This document shows positions 19,172 to 29,209 of a stretch of 64,000 nucleotides of DNA, in pieces (within the stretch, counting starts at the first letter, position 1; each line of letters starts with the position of its first letter). The position numbers and the translations under genes are program-made. A model generated the notes under the pieces. The model saw only the letters and a program-made list of their open reading frames with translations, had not been told where the DNA came from and made no database searches. The stretch lies in contig DASZBD010000025.1 in NCBI GenBank assembly GCA_035944475.1, positions 864 through 64,863 on the forward strand. The letters are read 5' to 3'. The stretch is from Microvirga sp. (GTDB lineage: Bacteria > Pseudomonadota > Alphaproteobacteria > Rhizobiales > Beijerinckiaceae).

Positions 19172-22100
19172 TCAGAACCTCGCCTTGAGGCTCGCCGCGA
19201 TGGTGCGGCCCGGGCCCGGAATGGCGGGGGCGAGATCGTAGGAGGTGTCGAACAGGTTCAGCACGGTGAGACCCATGAGCAGTCGGCGGTCCGGCGTTTC
19301 CCACGTCAGAGCCGCATCCGTGGACCAGTAGTCGTCGAGCTTTGTACCCGCAAGATCCCCGGTCCGGTCGCCCGCGTAAGTCGCCGCGAGGGTGAACTTG
19401 AGCCGGCTCGGATGGGTGAAGGTCGCGCCGAACCGGGCGAAGCGCTCGGCGATGAAGGGGATCGCCTGACCGCGGAAGTCGCCCGCCGTCAGGTTCTCGG
19501 TCTCCGCCGCGCCCACCGTGCCGAAGAGGCCGATGCCGTAGCCGAGCCACAGGTTCGCGGTTGCCTGGACGCGGTCGATCCGGCCGCGCTCGAGCGCGAG
19601 GGTGTCGAGCACGCCCGTGATCGGCAGATCGAGGCCGCGGATGTTCTGATGCTGATACTCGACCGCCGTGAAGAAGCGGGGATGCCACTCCGCATCCCAG
19701 CGAAGGGCCGCAGTCTCCGTGCGGCCGCCCAGGCTCGTCGGCAGCTCGTTCGGAACGAGGCCGACCGTGGAGAGAGGCGAGAGCGTGATCCCGATGGGCA
19801 GCTCCGTATCCTGCCGGTACGCCGCCCGGAACCAGTGGCCCTCGACGGGCGAGAAGGCGGCGCCGATGCGGGGGGCGACGCGAGCGTCGTCGCGCTCAGC
19901 GCGGCTTGGTTCAAGACTGGTGACCGTGTCCTGCAGGGGCAGCGCGATGAAGTTGAAACCATTACGGGTCTCGATCAAGCCGCGGCTGTCGAGACGATAA
20001 AAGCTGTACTCGGCGCCGCCTTGCAATTCGAAACGGTCGGATGGCCGCCACATCGCGTCTGCGTAGAGCCGGCCCGCCCGGAAGAGGGCGTTCTCAGATC
20101 CCGCATTGAACGTTTCGAGGTCGAAGTCGAAGGGGCCAGGCTGCCTGAACTGGCCGATCGTTGAGGAGTTCGAGACGGTCTTGATGTCACCAACCTGCCC
20201 CTCGGCCCCATAGCGCAGCGTCAGATCGCCGATGCCGAATGTATGGCCGAGGGTCGCGACGGCGCCATCAACCCGGGTGCGCCGTTGCCGTAGATCTTCA
20301 GCTTGGAAGTCATAGGGAACAAGCCCGGACGGAAAACCGATAATCGCAAATGGATCGAGTTCTCTCGATCCCGTCTCGGACCTGAACCGCTCCTGCCGGT
20401 CGGTGCCGCGGTTGTAGAACAGCGCCGCCGTGAGCACGTTGCGGTAGCCGAAGGTGTGGCTCCAGCCGCCGCCGGCTTGGATCGAGGTCCCGTCGCGGCG
20501 GTCATAGGCTTGGCTCGGCAGCACGGGGGCAAAGAGGCCGGGGCGCGAGTCCGAGGCCGAGCCGAACAGGAGGATGCGGTCGGCCGCCGTCGGCTGCATG
20601 CCGATGAAGAGCGTCGCGCTGTCGGCCTCCTCGTCGAAGAAGACGTTGCGCTCCTTCGCCCTCGTCCGGCTGACGTTGAGCGAGAACGAGGTCGGGATCG
20701 GCAGGTTCGAGAAGCCGTTGACCGTGATGTCCGACTGCCATCCGAGCTTGCCGTCGCGGTTGATCACGCTTCCGCCGGCTTCGGCATCGAGGAAGGGCCG
20801 CCGCAGCACGTCGGTGCGCCCGAGCCGGCCCGACACCGCGAGCGGGTCGAAGAAAAGCCCCTGCAGGATGAAGTTGAAGGACGTGACGTCGAAATTCTCG
20901 GCTTCCGCCGCCGTGAGCGTCGGCTTGTCGGTGTTGATCTTCGGGCGCCGCGCTGCGGCCTGGTCGAAATAGCTCGAGGCGTCGAAGGCGTTGAAGACGC
21001 GGTCGCCGTAGAAGCGGCCCCATTCGTCGAGGCCGATGAAGCGGTAGGCGTCCGCCACGTAGGAGCCGCCCTGTCGGTTGACCGCGAGGGGCGCGAAATA
21101 GCCGCCGCGGGCGCGGTAGCGCTTCAGGGCCTCGCGGGCGCTTAAGATCGCGTCGTCGGCGCGGTAGAGGTCGAGGTTGTAGGCCGTGCGGGCGAGCGGC
21201 ACCACGGGATCGCTGGGATCGAGCCGGTCCGCGTTGTCGAGGGCCTGTTCGGCGAGCTCGTAGTCGCCGTTCTGGTAATACGCCACGGCCGCCATGAGGA
21301 GGCCCTGCGAATAGGCGGGATTCGCCGCGGTGCCGGAGAGCACCGCTTCGATCGCCTCGGTGTTGCGCCCCTTCTGCAGGAGCAGGCGCCCGCGATGGAC
21401 GTAGCCCGCGTGAAAATCGGGATCGAGGGCGAAGGTCTTGTCGATGAGGGCGGAGGCCTCGTCGACGCGGTTCTGGTCGAGGATGTGGATCGCGAGGTTC
21501 GAATAGGCGACCGGGTCGTCCGGGTCCTCCGCGATGGCCCGCTTGAACGCGGCCTCGGCTTCGAGGGTTGCGTCGCGGCCCGATTCCACGAGGCCGATGC
21601 CGTTCCAGATCTCCGCGCGGCCCGGCGCCGTGGCCGCCGCTTTCCGCAAATCCACGAGCGCGCCGTCGACGTCGCTCTCGATCATGGCCCGAACGGAGGC
21701 GCTCAAGGTCAGGACGGAGGGGTCGTCGGGATCGAGCGCGCGGGCCCGCTCGAGCGCCGCCCGCATCTCCTCGCGGCGGTTGAGGAGGAAGGCCACCTGC
21801 GCGGCCGAGACGGCGATCTGGGTGTTGGTGGGGTACTGCTTTTCGGCCGCCTTGATGATGTCGGCGGCCGCCTTGAGGTCCTGCCGGAAGGCCGCCACGA
21901 AGGCGCGCCCGATCACGGCGGTAGGGCCCGTCGCGGCAATCGACGGCTCGGGCTGGACGCGTTTCGGATCCGCCATGGAGGCTGCGATGTAGCGCCCGTA
22001 GGCCGCGGCCGACCGCTTCTCGCCCTTGAGCCCGCGCTCGGCGCGCGCGAAGAGCGGGGCCGCTTCGCTCCACCGGCGCTGGCCGCCGAGGAGGAAGGCC

Positions 22101-22951
22101 TGCACGAGATCGGCGCGGGCGCGCTGGCCGGCCTGGAGCGGAAACCGGCGTGCCTCGGCGAGGGCGGAGGCTGCCGCCGCGCGGCCGTCATGCGACAGGC
22201 CCGCCTCGGCGAGGACGAGCCAGTCCTCGGCGGTCCTCGCGCCCGGCGCGGTCGCCTGGATGCGCGCGCGCTCGGCGCGCAGGGACGGACCCTGCAGGAC
22301 CGTGGTGGTCAGGGCCGTGAAGCCGTCGCGCAGGCCGTAATAGAACAGCATCTGCTCGCGGTCGTTGGAATTCACGAGCACGAATTTCGTGGGCGCCTGG
22401 CCGATGGTGGCGACGGCGCCTTCGCCCTGGCGGACGGTGACGGAGCCTTGCGGGTTCTTGAGCTCGACCACGCCCTCGAGGACGATGAGGGAGGTCTTCG
22501 GCCCGTCGACGGAGAGCGACCAGTCGGTGCCGCGGATCGCCGCCGTGGCGGCGGGGGTCTTCACGTCGACGCCGGTGCCGCCGCGGGAGGCGCGGGCCCA
22601 GACCTGGCCCGACTGCAGGTCGAGCTGGGTCGCCTCCGAGCGTGCGCCCGCCACCTCGTTGACCACCAGATTCGAGTTGCGGCCGACGCGGATCTGCGTC
22701 TGGTCGGCGAACAGGATGGCGAGGTTGCCGATGGCGTTTGTCCGCAGGGCGTCGCCGCCGATGAGGTCCTGCCGCAGCTCGGCGGACCGCCAGTCGCCCT
22801 CGCGCACGAACCGCAGCTCCTCGCCGCCCTTGGCGGCCACGATCGATCCTGCGACGGGCGTCGGACGCGGCGTCGGCGCGGCGAGGGCGGGCGTGGTGGC
22901 AAGGGCGATGAGGCTCGTTGCGGCGAGCCAGGGGCAGGGTCGAAGAAGCAT
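19172..22951 (-). CDS. FecR domain + TPR repeats + outer-membrane beta-barrel protein (NsrA-like)
   Basis: Signal peptide, FADQTQIRVG..S, VKTPAATAAIRGT (FecR), multiple TPRs, TonB-receptor-like end NLFD..Y...PGRTIAASLKARF; start uncertain (22951-23032). Confidence 0.88.
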   Translation of the reverse strand: MLLRPCPWLAATSLIALATTPALAAPTPRPTPVAGSIVAAKGGEELRFVREGDWRSAELRQDLIGGDALRTNAIGNLAILFADQTQIRVGRNSNLVVNEVAGARSEATQLDLQSGQVWARASRGGTGVDVKTPAATAAIRGTDWSLSVDGPKTSLIVLEGVVELKNPQGSVTVRQGEGAVATIGQAPTKFVLVNSNDREQMLFYYGLRDGFTALTTTVLQGPSLRAERARIQATAPGARTAEDWLVLAEAGLSHDGRAAAASALAEARRFPLQAGQRARADLVQAFLLGGQRRWSEAAPLFARAERGLKGEKRSAAAYGRYIAASMADPKRVQPEPSIAATGPTAVIGRAFVAAFRQDLKAAADIIKAAEKQYPTNTQIAVSAAQVAFLLNRREEMRAALERARALDPDDPSVLTLSASVRAMIESDVDGALVDLRKAAATAPGRAEIWNGIGLVESGRDATLEAEAAFKRAIAEDPDDPVAYSNLAIHILDQNRVDEASALIDKTFALDPDFHAGYVHRGRLLLQKGRNTEAIEAVLSGTAANPAYSQGLLMAAVAYYQNGDYELAEQALDNADRLDPSDPVVPLARTAYNLDLYRADDAILSAREALKRYRARGGYFAPLAVNRQGGSYVADAYRFIGLDEWGRFYGDRVFNAFDASSYFDQAAARRPKINTDKPTLTAAEAENFDVTSFNFILQGLFFDPLAVSGRLGRTDVLRRPFLDAEAGGSVINRDGKLGWQSDITVNGFSNLPIPTSFSLNVSRTRAKERNVFFDEEADSATLFIGMQPTAADRILLFGSASDSRPGLFAPVLPSQAYDRRDGTSIQAGGGWSHTFGYRNVLTAALFYNRGTDRQERFRSETGSRELDPFAIIGFPSGLVPYDFQAEDLRQRRTRVDGAVATLGHTFGIGDLTLRYGAEGQVGDIKTVSNSSTIGQFRQPGPFDFDLETFNAGSENALFRAGRLYADAMWRPSDRFELQGGAEYSFYRLDSRGLIETRNGFNFIALPLQDTVTSLEPSRAERDDARVAPRIGAAFSPVEGHWFRAAYRQDTELPIGITLSPLSTVGLVPNELPTSLGGRTETAALRWDAEWHPRFFTAVEYQHQNIRGLDLPITGVLDTLALERGRIDRVQATANLWLGYGIGLFGTVGAAETENLTAGDFRGQAIPFIAERFARFGATFTHPSRLKFTLAATYAGDRTGDLAGTKLDDYWSTDAALTWETPDRRLLMGLTVLNLFDTSYDLAPAIPGPGRTIAASLKARF

Positions 22952-23117
22952 GCGGCCGGTCAAGAAAGGTCGGAGCGAAGCGCGGCACATTAGACCCCGC
23001 CCTGCCGAAAACCTAGCGTATTTTGGCCACAATCCGCCCCTGCCGGACAGCGCGAAGCTAACCGCCTGCCGGGCCTCGCGTTTCTCTTAGGCCCATGATT
23101 CTGTTAGTTTATTCCGA

Positions 23118-23513
23118 TCAGCCGCCGGGCGCGACCCGGCGCGCCGAAACAAGCTTCTGCTTGAGGTCGTGCTGCGCGAACGGCTTTTGCAGAACGGGCC
23201 GGTCGCGATACACGTCCTTGATCCCCGCGCTGCCGTATCCGGTCGAGAACACGAAGGGCACGCCCCGCTCGGCGAGGGCCTCGGCGACCGGGTAGATCGG
23301 CTCGCCCGCAACGTTCACGTCGAGAATGGCAAGGTCGATGCTCTCGCGCCCCACGGCATCGAGCGCCGCCGACAGGCGCGCCGCCGGACCGATCACCTCG
23401 CAGCCGAAATCCAGAAGCATGTCCTCCAAGAGGAGGGAGATGGCAGCCTCGTCTTCGACCACCAGGACGCGGACCCCCTGAAGCTCGTCACCGTTCATCG
23501 TGTTGTCGCTCAC
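23118..23513 (-). CDS. Single-domain response regulator of the PFxFA(T/S)GY (SdrG/MrrA-like) class
   Basis: VLVVEDE, AILDVN, PFVFSTGYG, LQKPF. Confidence 0.9.
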   Translation of the reverse strand: MSDNTMNGDELQGVRVLVVEDEAAISLLLEDMLLDFGCEVIGPAARLSAALDAVGRESIDLAILDVNVAGEPIYPVAEALAERGVPFVFSTGYGSAGIKDVYRDRPVLQKPFAQHDLKQKLVSARRVAPGG

Positions 23514-23727
23514 TGACGGCCTTTCTCGTCGTTGTTGCGCCCGGGGAACTGTAGGGCGGGCAGGGTGGCTCGCCAAGCGGCCTCGGTCGGCATCTCTAAC
23601 ATCCCTGCTGGCGCGAGCCAAAGGACGAAGGCGGCCGCGCAGCGACGATTCGGCAGCGGCCAAGTTGCACATGCGGCCCGAAGCCCCGATAATCTCAAAG
23701 TCCCGTCCCGTCCCGCCCCTGATCCTC

Positions 23728-24204
23728 ATGTCCCTCCTCTCGCGGCTCCGCGACCTCGTTCACGAACTCGTCGATCCCGACGAGGCCTCCCCGGATTTCG
23801 CCAAGCGCGTCACGGTGGCGGCCTTCCTCGCCGTGGTGGCGCGGGTCGACGGCCGCGTTCTTCCCGTGGAGCAGCAGGGGCTCAAGACGCTGCTGCAGGT
23901 CCGGTTCGGCCTCACCGAGGAGAGCACCGAACGGCTTCTCGATCACATCGGCGAGATGGAAGCGGAGCTCGATCAGGCCACGGGCCTCATCGACCGGCTC
24001 CTCGTCGAGGTCGAGCCGAGGGACCGGGCGCCGCTGCTCGCCATGGCGTACCGGGTCGCGGCCCTCGACGGCTTCGTCCACGAATTCGAGGACGATCTCG
24101 CCTGGCGCGTCGGCCGGCATCTCGGCTTCGACGATGCCGCCATCGCGGCGATCCGCGAGGCGGCGCTCCGCTCCCTCGCGCCGGAGCGCGCCCGCCTTGC
24201 CTGA
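23728..24204 (+). CDS. TerB-like tellurite resistance family protein
   Basis: AAFLAVVARVDG...E...L..RFGL...AYRVAALDGFVHEFED. Confidence 0.85.
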   Translation: MSLLSRLRDLVHELVDPDEASPDFAKRVTVAAFLAVVARVDGRVLPVEQQGLKTLLQVRFGLTEESTERLLDHIGEMEAELDQATGLIDRLLVEVEPRDRAPLLAMAYRVAALDGFVHEFEDDLAWRVGRHLGFDDAAIAAIREAALRSLAPERARLA

Positions 24205-24928
24205 TCCGGCCTCACGCCTCCCGGTTCTCGTCGTGCTCCACCAGGAGCACTCGACGCCCGGGCGCGTGGGACGGCTGCTCCTGGAGCGCGGGCACGCCCT
24301 CGACGTCCGGCGCCCCCGCTACGGCGACGACCTGCCGGAGACCTTGGCGGATCATGCGGGCGCGGTGATCTTCGGCGGGCCCATGAGCGCCAACGATCCG
24401 GACGGCTTCATCCAGGACGAGATCGACTGGATCCGCGTGCCGCTGGAGGAGCGAAAGCCGTTCCTCGGCCTGTGCCTCGGCGCGCAGATGCTCGCCAAGC
24501 ACCTCGGGGCGCAGGTGTGGGAGCATCCGGAGGGGCGGGCGGAGATCGGCTATTATCCCCTCGTTCCCACCGCGGCCGGACGCGCGGAGGCGGAGCGCTG
24601 GGGCGTGCCGTGGCCGGGCCACGTCTACCATTGGCACCGGGAGGGCTTCGACTGCCCGACCGGCGCCGAGACCCTGGCGAGCGGGGACGATTTCCCGACG
24701 CAGGCGATCCGCGCCGGCCCGAAGGCCTACGGCCTGCAGTTCCACCCGGAGGTGACGCACGCCATGATCTGCCGCTGGACCGTGCGCGCGGCGGAGCGGC
24801 TCGCCCTGCCGGGCGCCCAGGACCGGGTGCGGCAGATCCAGGGGCGGCTCCAGCACGACCCGCACGTGGCGCGCTGGCTCGACCGCTTCCTCGACCACTG
24901 GCTCGCGCCGCCGGAGCGGGCGGCCTGA
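24197..24928 (+). CDS. Type 1 glutamine amidotransferase
   Basis: IFGGPMSAND, GLCLGAQ, YHWHREGF, GLQFHPE. Confidence 0.92.
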   Translation: MPDPASRLPVLVVLHQEHSTPGRVGRLLLERGHALDVRRPRYGDDLPETLADHAGAVIFGGPMSANDPDGFIQDEIDWIRVPLEERKPFLGLCLGAQMLAKHLGAQVWEHPEGRAEIGYYPLVPTAAGRAEAERWGVPWPGHVYHWHREGFDCPTGAETLASGDDFPTQAIRAGPKAYGLQFHPEVTHAMICRWTVRAAERLALPGAQDRVRQIQGRLQHDPHVARWLDRFLDHWLAPPERAA

Positions 24929-24940
24929 GGGCGCCCTTCG

Positions 24941-25711
24941 TCAGCGCCGCACGGGAATGCGCGGCTGCGCGCCCGCCTTCTTTCGCCGGGCGCGCCGCGA
25001 GGCCATGTTGAGCACCTCGATGAGCGCCGAGAAGGCCATGGCGGCGTAGATGTAGCCCTTCGGCACGTGCGCGCCGAAGCCTTCGGCGATCAGCGTCATG
25101 CCGATCATGAGCAGGAAGCCGAGGGCCAGCATCACGACGCTCGGATTCGCCTCCATGAAGCGCGCGAGCGGATCGGCCGCGAACAGCATCACCGCCACCG
25201 TCACCAGCACGGCGATCACCATGATGGGCACGTGGGGCGTCATGCCCACCGCCGTGATGATGCTGTCGATGGAGAAGACGAGATCGAGAAGCAGGATCTG
25301 TCCGATGGCGGCCCCGAAGGTGAGGCCGGCCGCACGGGCTGCGCCCGCATCCTCCTCCTCTTCGGCCACGTCCACGTTGTGGTGGATCTCCTTCGTCGCC
25401 TTCCAGACGAGAAAGAGGCCGCCCGCGATGAGGATGAGGTCGCGCCACGAGAAGGGATGCCCGAAGGCCGTGAAGATGGGCTCCGTCAGGGTCACGATGA
25501 TGGCGACGGTGCCGAGCAGCGCGAGGCGCATGACGAGGGCGAGGGCGATGCCGATCCGGCGCGCGCGCTGCCGGTATTCCTCCGGCAGCTTGTTCGTCAG
25601 GATCGAGATGAAGATGAGGTTGTCGATGCCGAGCACCACCTCCATGGCGATGAGGGTGGCGAGCGCCGCCCAGGCGGCGGGGTCGGCGGCCAATGCGAGC
25701 AGGTTGTCCAT
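24941..25711 (-). CDS. TerC family membrane protein
   Basis: [35 protein letters not shown]. Confidence 0.95.
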   Translation of the reverse strand: MDNLLALAADPAAWAALATLIAMEVVLGIDNLIFISILTNKLPEEYRQRARRIGIALALVMRLALLGTVAIIVTLTEPIFTAFGHPFSWRDLILIAGGLFLVWKATKEIHHNVDVAEEEEDAGAARAAGLTFGAAIGQILLLDLVFSIDSIITAVGMTPHVPIMVIAVLVTVAVMLFAADPLARFMEANPSVVMLALGFLLMIGMTLIAEGFGAHVPKGYIYAAMAFSALIEVLNMASRRARRKKAGAQPRIPVRR

Positions 25712-25969
25712 CGTCGATCCTCGGCAAGGGGCCCCGCATAGGCGACGGGGAGGCTCCTGCCAACCCGTCCGGCGCCGGGCGGGGCCCCGGGCAGGGGCTT
25801 GAGACGCTCCGTGCCGAAAGGTTCTCTTCAGTAAACGAGAAGCAAATCCCGCCCGTCAGACTCGTTTAACCTGAACGGCGATTCAGAACTTCGCGTTAGG
25901 GGTCAGGAAAGTGGCGTGACGCAAAAGTGAACCCATCAAACACGCAGTCATCCAGAAGGCGTCCCACCG

Positions 25970-26413
25970 ATGAACACCCCCACTCTTCAGGATTTCGTCA
26001 CCAAGACGGCTGCCCGCAAGCGCATCACCTTCGGGGACGTGCGCCGCCTCCAGCGCGACGTGCTTCCGGACGGCATCTCCAGCCGCGAAGAGGCCGAGCA
26101 GCTCATCCGGCTCGACGGCGAGGTGACCCGCTCGGACGGCGCCTGGACCGACTGGCTCGTCGCCTCGATCACCGACTTCGTGGTGTGGGCCGAGCGCCCG
26201 ACGGGCGCGGTCGAAACCGAAGCGGCCATCTGGCTGAGAGACCTTCTCGCCGAGGCCGGCCCCACCAAGGCCGGCCGCCGCATCGCCCGCGAGATCCGCC
26301 GCGAGGCCGAGCGCGTCGAGGAGCCCATGGTCTCCTTCGAGGCCGAGGACGAGCAGCCTGTCGCCGAGATCGTTCCGGACGAGGCTCCGGAAGGCGTCGC
26401 CCTTGCGGCCTGA
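25970..26413 (+). CDS. Hypothetical protein
   Basis: ITFGDVRRLQRDVLPDGISSREEAE.L..LD...W..W...ITDFVVW; host-like codon use. Confidence 0.75.
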   Translation: MNTPTLQDFVTKTAARKRITFGDVRRLQRDVLPDGISSREEAEQLIRLDGEVTRSDGAWTDWLVASITDFVVWAERPTGAVETEAAIWLRDLLAEAGPTKAGRRIAREIRREAERVEEPMVSFEAEDEQPVAEIVPDEAPEGVALAA

Positions 26414-26427
26414 GGCGACAGCGGGCC

Positions 26428-26916
26428 TTACAGGCTCACGCTCATGGTGAGCGCCGCCGCGCGCCGCCCGTCGGGCTTGCCGTAGTAACCCTCGCGGCGG
26501 CCCACCACCGTAAAACCGAAGCGCCGGTAGAGGGCGAGAGCGGGAGCGTTGCCCTCCTCGACCTCGAGGTGAACCGTGCGGGCGCCGGCCCGGAGCAGTT
26601 CGCCGAGATGATGGTCGAGCAGGGGACGGGAATGGCCCTGGCCCCGCGCCTCGGGCGCCATGGCGACCGTGAGGATCTCGGCCTCGTCCACCACGATCCG
26701 CGACAGGACGAAACCCACCGGGTTCGGATCGCGTCCCAGGAACACTCCATCTCCCAGGACCGCCCGGTCGGCGAGAAGACCCTCGAACTCGAACGTGCCC
26801 CAGGCCTGCGCAAAGGCGGTGCCGTGGATGGCCGACAGCCGCGCCGCGTGGCGGACCTTGAGGGGTTCGATCCGGGCCGTGGCCGGACTTCGCCGGAAGT
26901 AATCGAGGAAGCCCAC
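26428..26916 (-). CDS. rimI: RimI-like N-acetyltransferase
   Basis: DEAEILTVAM...RGQG, LEVEEGN..ALALY..FGF..VGRREGYY; follows tsaB. Confidence 0.88.
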   Translation of the reverse strand: MGFLDYFRRSPATARIEPLKVRHAARLSAIHGTAFAQAWGTFEFEGLLADRAVLGDGVFLGRDPNPVGFVLSRIVVDEAEILTVAMAPEARGQGHSRPLLDHHLGELLRAGARTVHLEVEEGNAPALALYRRFGFTVVGRREGYYGKPDGRRAAALTMSVSL

Positions 26917-26921
26917 GGCCG

Positions 26922-27605
26922 CTACCGCCGCGCGATCCTGGCGGCGTCCTGCGGCTTGGCGTCGGGACCCCGCAGGTAGAGGGGCTTGGGCAGGGCCTGC
27001 GCCGGATCCGCCACCGCGCCGAGCTGCGCCACCCAGGCGATCTCGGGGGCCATGGGCGCATCCGCCACGAAGGCCTCGATGCCCTGCGTCCACGCCTCGG
27101 AGGCCAGCATGGGGGCGGCGGACCCCGTGAGGTGGATCGGCCCCGACCCCATGAGCCGCACGGTTTCGCGCAGGCCCATCAGCCCCGCCGGAATGATCGT
27201 GCGCCCGCCCGGCGCCACCACCTGAACGTAGATCTGCCCGTGCTTGGCGTCGATCGCCACCCCGGCAAGGCCGCGCATCTCGCCCGCGAGGAGCGGGGCG
27301 AGGTAGGCCGAGAGGGTGGCGACGCCCACCACCGGCACGCCCGCCGCAAGGCCGATCGCCCGCGCCGCGCTGATGCCGATGCGAAGCCCCGTATAGCTGC
27401 CGGGGCCGATCGTCACCGCAACTCGGTCGAGGGCGCCGAAGCTGCCTTCAGTGGCGGAGGCGACCCGATCCACCATGGGCAGCAGCGCTTCCGCATGCCC
27501 CCGGTCCATCGCCAGCGATTCGCGCGCGAGCACCGTCGCCCCGTCCGTGTCGAGCACGCAGGCCGCGCAGGCCGCGAGCGAGGTGTCGATGGCGAGAATG
27601 CGCAA
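26922..27605 (-). CDS. tsaB: tRNA threonylcarbamoyladenosine biosynthesis protein TsaB
   Basis: ILAIDTS, GHAEALLP, GPGSYTGLRIG, PLYLR.PDA. Confidence 0.95.
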   Translation of the reverse strand: MRILAIDTSLAACAACVLDTDGATVLARESLAMDRGHAEALLPMVDRVASATEGSFGALDRVAVTIGPGSYTGLRIGISAARAIGLAAGVPVVGVATLSAYLAPLLAGEMRGLAGVAIDAKHGQIYVQVVAPGGRTIIPAGLMGLRETVRLMGSGPIHLTGSAAPMLASEAWTQGIEAFVADAPMAPEIAWVAQLGAVADPAQALPKPLYLRGPDAKPQDAARIARR

Positions 27606-27688
27606 CGGAAGGCCTCCTCCGGGCTCGAACCGCCCGGACGATCCTGTCGACCATCATCGGGCGATTTGATCAAGACGGGGGAGCGGTT

Positions 27689-28450
27689 TCACCGCAGTAG
27701 GCCGTCGAGCACCGGCAGGCTCGTCACGGCCGCAACGGCGATCATGGTCAGGCACACGCGTCGGAAGACGGGCTCGGGAGCAAGGCCGAAGGCCCGGCTG
27801 CCGAGGTAGAGCCCGCCGCCGTAGAGCGGGCCGACGACAAGCGCCAGAACGAGAACGGAGGTCGTCAGAAGACCGCCGGCGAGGTAGGCCGCCGCCGTGA
27901 GGACCGTCGAGACCAGGAAGTACATCACGAGGTTGGCGCGCACGGCGTCCGCCGGAATCGCTCCGCCGAGCCAATAGGCGACGACCGGTGGTCCCCCGAC
28001 CTGAGCCGCGCCGCTGAAGAGGCCCGCCAGGGCGCCGACGCCGATGGTGAGCGGCGCGGCGGGCCGGCCGCGATACCGCCAGCCGGAGATGAGCAGCGCC
28101 AGGAGCCCGAGGGTGAGGAGGCCGATGGCCCAGCGCAGCGCGACCGGGTCGGATCGGGTGAGGAGCCAGGTGCCCAAGGGAACGCCCGCGAGGGCCCCAA
28201 GGGCCATGATCCCGACCTCGCGTCGGTCGGCCCGCCGCCAGGCCCCGGGCACGAGGCCGAGCGCCGTGACGCCGTCGATCAGAAGGAGGAGAGGCGCCGC
28301 CATCTGGGGGCTCGACAGGGCGCTCGCCACGGGCACGAAGATGAGGGCCGCCCCGAAGCCCGAAAAGCCGCGGGCCAGGCCTGCGATGAAGCCCGCCGCG
28401 CCGAGCAGGGCCAGCGAGGGGGCCGGGAGGACGTCGAGGGCGAGGGTCAA
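27689..28450 (-). CDS. TSUP (TauE/SafE) family transporter
   Basis: AGLARGFSGFGAAL, G...G..GGPP, multiple TMs. Confidence 0.9.
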   Translation of the reverse strand: MTLALDVLPAPSLALLGAAGFIAGLARGFSGFGAALIFVPVASALSSPQMAAPLLLLIDGVTALGLVPGAWRRADRREVGIMALGALAGVPLGTWLLTRSDPVALRWAIGLLTLGLLALLISGWRYRGRPAAPLTIGVGALAGLFSGAAQVGGPPVVAYWLGGAIPADAVRANLVMYFLVSTVLTAAAYLAGGLLTTSVLVLALVVGPLYGGGLYLGSRAFGLAPEPVFRRVCLTMIAVAAVTSLPVLDGLLR

Positions 28451-28511
28451 GGCCGGCGGGTCCGGCGGCCGGGCGGGGGATGTCCGGCCGCGTCCACCGG
28501 GCTTGCCCGCG

Positions 28512-29072
28512 TCAGAGCGACTGGACCTCCCGCACGTCGGGGAGGAAGTGGCGGAGCAGGTTCTGGATGCCGTGCTTGAGCGTCGCCGTGGAGGAGGGGC
28601 AGCCCGAGCAGGCCCCCTTCATGGCAAGATACACGACGCCGTCCTTGAAGCCGCGGAAGGTGATGTCGCCGCCGTCCCCGGCCACGGCGGGCCGGATGCG
28701 GGTTTCGAGCAGTTCCTTGATGGTGGCGACGGTGGGCGCGTCGTCCTCGTCGAAGAACTCCTCGCCGTCCTCCTGGGACGCCATGGCCTCGGCCTTGAGG
28801 ATCGGCAGGCCCGCCATGAAGTGCTCCATGATGGCACCGAGGATCGCGGGCTTCAGGTGCTGCCACTCGCCGGAGGACTTCGTGACGGTGATGAAGTCGT
28901 AGCCGAAGAACACGCCCGCCACGCCCGGCACCTGGAAGAGGCGCTGCGCCAGGGGCGAGGCTTCCGCGCCGCGGGCGTCGCGGGCGTCGAACGTGCCCTC
29001 CTGCATGACCACGCGGCCCGGCAGGAACTTCAGGGTGGCGGGATTGGGCGTGGCTTCGGTCTGGATGAACAT
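28512..29072 (-). CDS. NifU/Nfu family Fe-S scaffold protein
   Basis: MFIQTEATPNPATLKF, RPAVAGDGGDI, GACSGCPSS. Confidence 0.95.
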   Translation of the reverse strand: MFIQTEATPNPATLKFLPGRVVMQEGTFDARDARGAEASPLAQRLFQVPGVAGVFFGYDFITVTKSSGEWQHLKPAILGAIMEHFMAGLPILKAEAMASQEDGEEFFDEDDAPTVATIKELLETRIRPAVAGDGGDITFRGFKDGVVYLAMKGACSGCPSSTATLKHGIQNLLRHFLPDVREVQSL

Positions 29073-29209
29073 CGCGTCGATCTCCGAGCCGGTTCAAGGC
29101 CGGCCGAGGGGCTTGGAACGGTTCTAGCAGGTCTCCCCGCTCATGTGGACTGCGCGGGACGCAAATCCAAGGGCCGGATCGAGGGCCGGAAACGCCGCCC
29201 ACCGGGGGG

